A DNA stretch of 64,000 nt from Bdellovibrionota bacterium (GTDB lineage Bacteria; Bdellovibrionota_C; UBA2361), in NCBI GenBank assembly GCA_044352465.1, contig JBILDU010000001.1, forward strand, positions 20,211 to 84,210. Direction: 5' to 3'. Position numbers and translations under genes: made by a program. Shown here one piece after another: positions 62,340-64,000 of the stretch. Numbering within the stretch: position 1 is the first letter of the stretch; each line of letters opens with the position of its first letter. The notes beneath the pieces were generated by a model that saw only the letters and a list, made by a program, of their open reading frames with translations, was not told the origin of the DNA and ran no database searches.

Positions 62340-63980
62340 ATGAGTGGTACGACCGCAAAAGCTCTCGAGATAAACGCTTACCCGAGCACCGGGAAGAATT
62401 ATTTAAATGAAAAGACCGGCCTCTGGTCGTGGCTCACGACCGTGGACCACAAACGGATCGGGTTGATGTACCTCTTTACCATCACCCTCTTCTTCTTCGT
62501 CGCGGGAGTCGCGGCGCTTATTATGCGGACCGAGCTGGCTCGTTCGGGGCCCGATATTATTACGCCGGAGCAGTACAACGTACTCTTCACGTTGCACGGC
62601 GCAATCATGATCTTCCTATTTATCGTTCCCGGTATCCCGGCCACGATGGGGAACTTTCTTCTCCCACTCATGATCGGAGCAAAGGACGTCGTGTTTCCAC
62701 GGCTCAACCTTCTCAGCTATTACGTCTATGTTGTCGGTGCAGTGATGGCGCTTATCGCCCTCATGAGCCCGGTTGATACCGGCTGGACGTTCTATGCGCC
62801 GTATAGCTTGGAGTCGGGGACGGCGGTTATCTGGATGACCGGCGCGGCTTTCGTGCTTGGATTTTCTTCGATCCTCACCGGACTTAACTTTGTGGTCACG
62901 ATCCACAAGCTCCGCGCTCCGGGGATGACGTGGGATCGCCTCCCTGTTTTCGTCTGGGCGACCTACGCGACCGCCGTTATTCAAACCTTGGCGACCCCGG
63001 TTGTCGGTATCACCCTCCTCATGTTGATCATGGAGCGAGTGATGGGAGTCGGCGTTTTCGATCCAAAGCTCGGCGGCGATCCGGTACTTTTCGAGCACCT
63101 TTTCTGGTTCTACTCGCACCCGGTGGTGTACATCATGGTGCTCCCGGCCTTCGGAGTCGTCGGAGAGATTATCCCTGTTTTTTCGCGGAAACCGATCTTC
63201 GGCTACAAGGCGGTGTGTTACGCCTCGCTCGCGATCGCTCTGGTGGGCTTCTTTGTGTGGGCCCATCACATGCTGGTGGCGGGTATCTCCGATGATTCGG
63301 CGGTGATGTTCTCAATCATCACCTTCGGTGTGGCGATCCCGACCGCGGTCAAGGTGTTCAACTGGGTGAGCACGATGTACAAGGGCTCGATTCGGTTTGA
63401 CACCCCGATGCTCTACGCGATGGGCTTCGTGTTTCTCTTTATGGTGGCGGGGACCACCGGTATCTATCTCGCCACCTTGGCGGTCGATATCTTCTATCAC
63501 GACACCTACTTCGTGGTGGCTCACTTCCACTACACCATTCAAGGTGGCGCGGTGATCGGGCTTATGGCGGCGTTGCACTTCTGGTTCCCCAAGATGACCG
63601 GGAAGATGTACAACGAGGTCACAGCAAAGATCGCCTGGGTGCTCGTCTTTATCGGATTCAATGCGACGTTCCTTCCCCAGTTCGTGCTTGGAATGCAGGG
63701 TATGCCGCGGCGGTATTTCGATTACCTCCCGATGTTCGAGTCGTTACACTACGCGTCAACGTTGGGCTCCTACATAAATGCGTTCGGATACAGCGCTGCG
63801 CTCTTTAACCTTCTCTGGGCAGCTTTCTTTAGCAAGGTGAAGGCTCCGTCGAATCCGTATCGTTCTCTCTCCCTTGAGTGGCAGACCCAGTCGCCTCCAG
63901 TGACCGAGAATTTCGAGGAAACCCCGGTCGTGACCGACTGGACCTACGGGTACGGTACGCCAGTGAAGGGTGCCCACTAA
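62340..63980 (+). CDS. ctaD: Cytochrome c oxidase subunit I
   Basis: WLTTVDHKRIGLMYLFT, the haem and CuB His ligands context (WAHHMLVAG, HFHYT), and 12 TM helices. 546 aa. Confidence 0.95.
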   Translation: MSGTTAKALEINAYPSTGKNYLNEKTGLWSWLTTVDHKRIGLMYLFTITLFFFVAGVAALIMRTELARSGPDIITPEQYNVLFTLHGAIMIFLFIVPGIPATMGNFLLPLMIGAKDVVFPRLNLLSYYVYVVGAVMALIALMSPVDTGWTFYAPYSLESGTAVIWMTGAAFVLGFSSILTGLNFVVTIHKLRAPGMTWDRLPVFVWATYATAVIQTLATPVVGITLLMLIMERVMGVGVFDPKLGGDPVLFEHLFWFYSHPVVYIMVLPAFGVVGEIIPVFSRKPIFGYKAVCYASLAIALVGFFVWAHHMLVAGISDDSAVMFSIITFGVAIPTAVKVFNWVSTMYKGSIRFDTPMLYAMGFVFLFMVAGTTGIYLATLAVDIFYHDTYFVVAHFHYTIQGGAVIGLMAALHFWFPKMTGKMYNEVTAKIAWVLVFIGFNATFLPQFVLGMQGMPRRYFDYLPMFESLHYASTLGSYINAFGYSAALFNLLWAAFFSKVKAPSNPYRSLSLEWQTQSPPVTENFEETPVVTDWTYGYGTPVKGAH

Positions 63981-64000
63981 GAGATTGATTTCAGGAGATC

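Overview
GC-rich (about 60%) bacterial chromosomal segment centred on the replication origin. The core order is atpI-atpB-atpE (minus strand), then dnaA, a 380-bp oriC-like spacer (one perfect and several near-consensus DnaA boxes plus an AT-rich unwinding element), then dnaN-recF-gyrB. Housekeeping genes flank it: pepF-like M3 peptidase, topA, mnmG, a lytic transglycosylase, a MutY/Nth-like glycosylase, rnhA, an RluA-family synthase, accC, trxB, glmU, a type-II icd, an aldo/keto reductase, and a DtxR/MntR-like regulator divergent from a SCO1-coxB-ctaD (caa3 oxidase) cluster. I found no tRNA, rRNA, CRISPR array, transposase or integrase. Seven elements are unusual.
- A 151-bp higher-order tandem repeat (29601-30007) built from about 50-bp hairpin modules fills a convergent intergenic gap.
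- A 1830-aa UvrA homologue (45257-50749) consists of two complete UvrA modules fused in tandem.
- A 551-aa protein (55777-57432) combines about nine OPR/HPR/FASTK-like helical repeats with a C-terminal DUF559/RAP (Vsr-like) nuclease motif.
- A 4-bp-overlapping pair (52318-53102) of a small ORF and an AbiEii-like nucleotidyltransferase looks like a TA or defence module.
- A four-gene envelope operon (37644-40857) encodes a cupredoxin-like secreted protein, two paralogous lipoproteins and a TlpA-like oxidoreductase.
- A 660-bp ORF-free, hairpin-rich region (53831-54495) ends in a terminator-like hairpin just upstream of a gene.
- A 975-aa secreted protein of unknown function (26664-29591) sits after a 520-bp leader.
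All coordinates follow the supplied ORF track unless a start was re-derived from the sequence.
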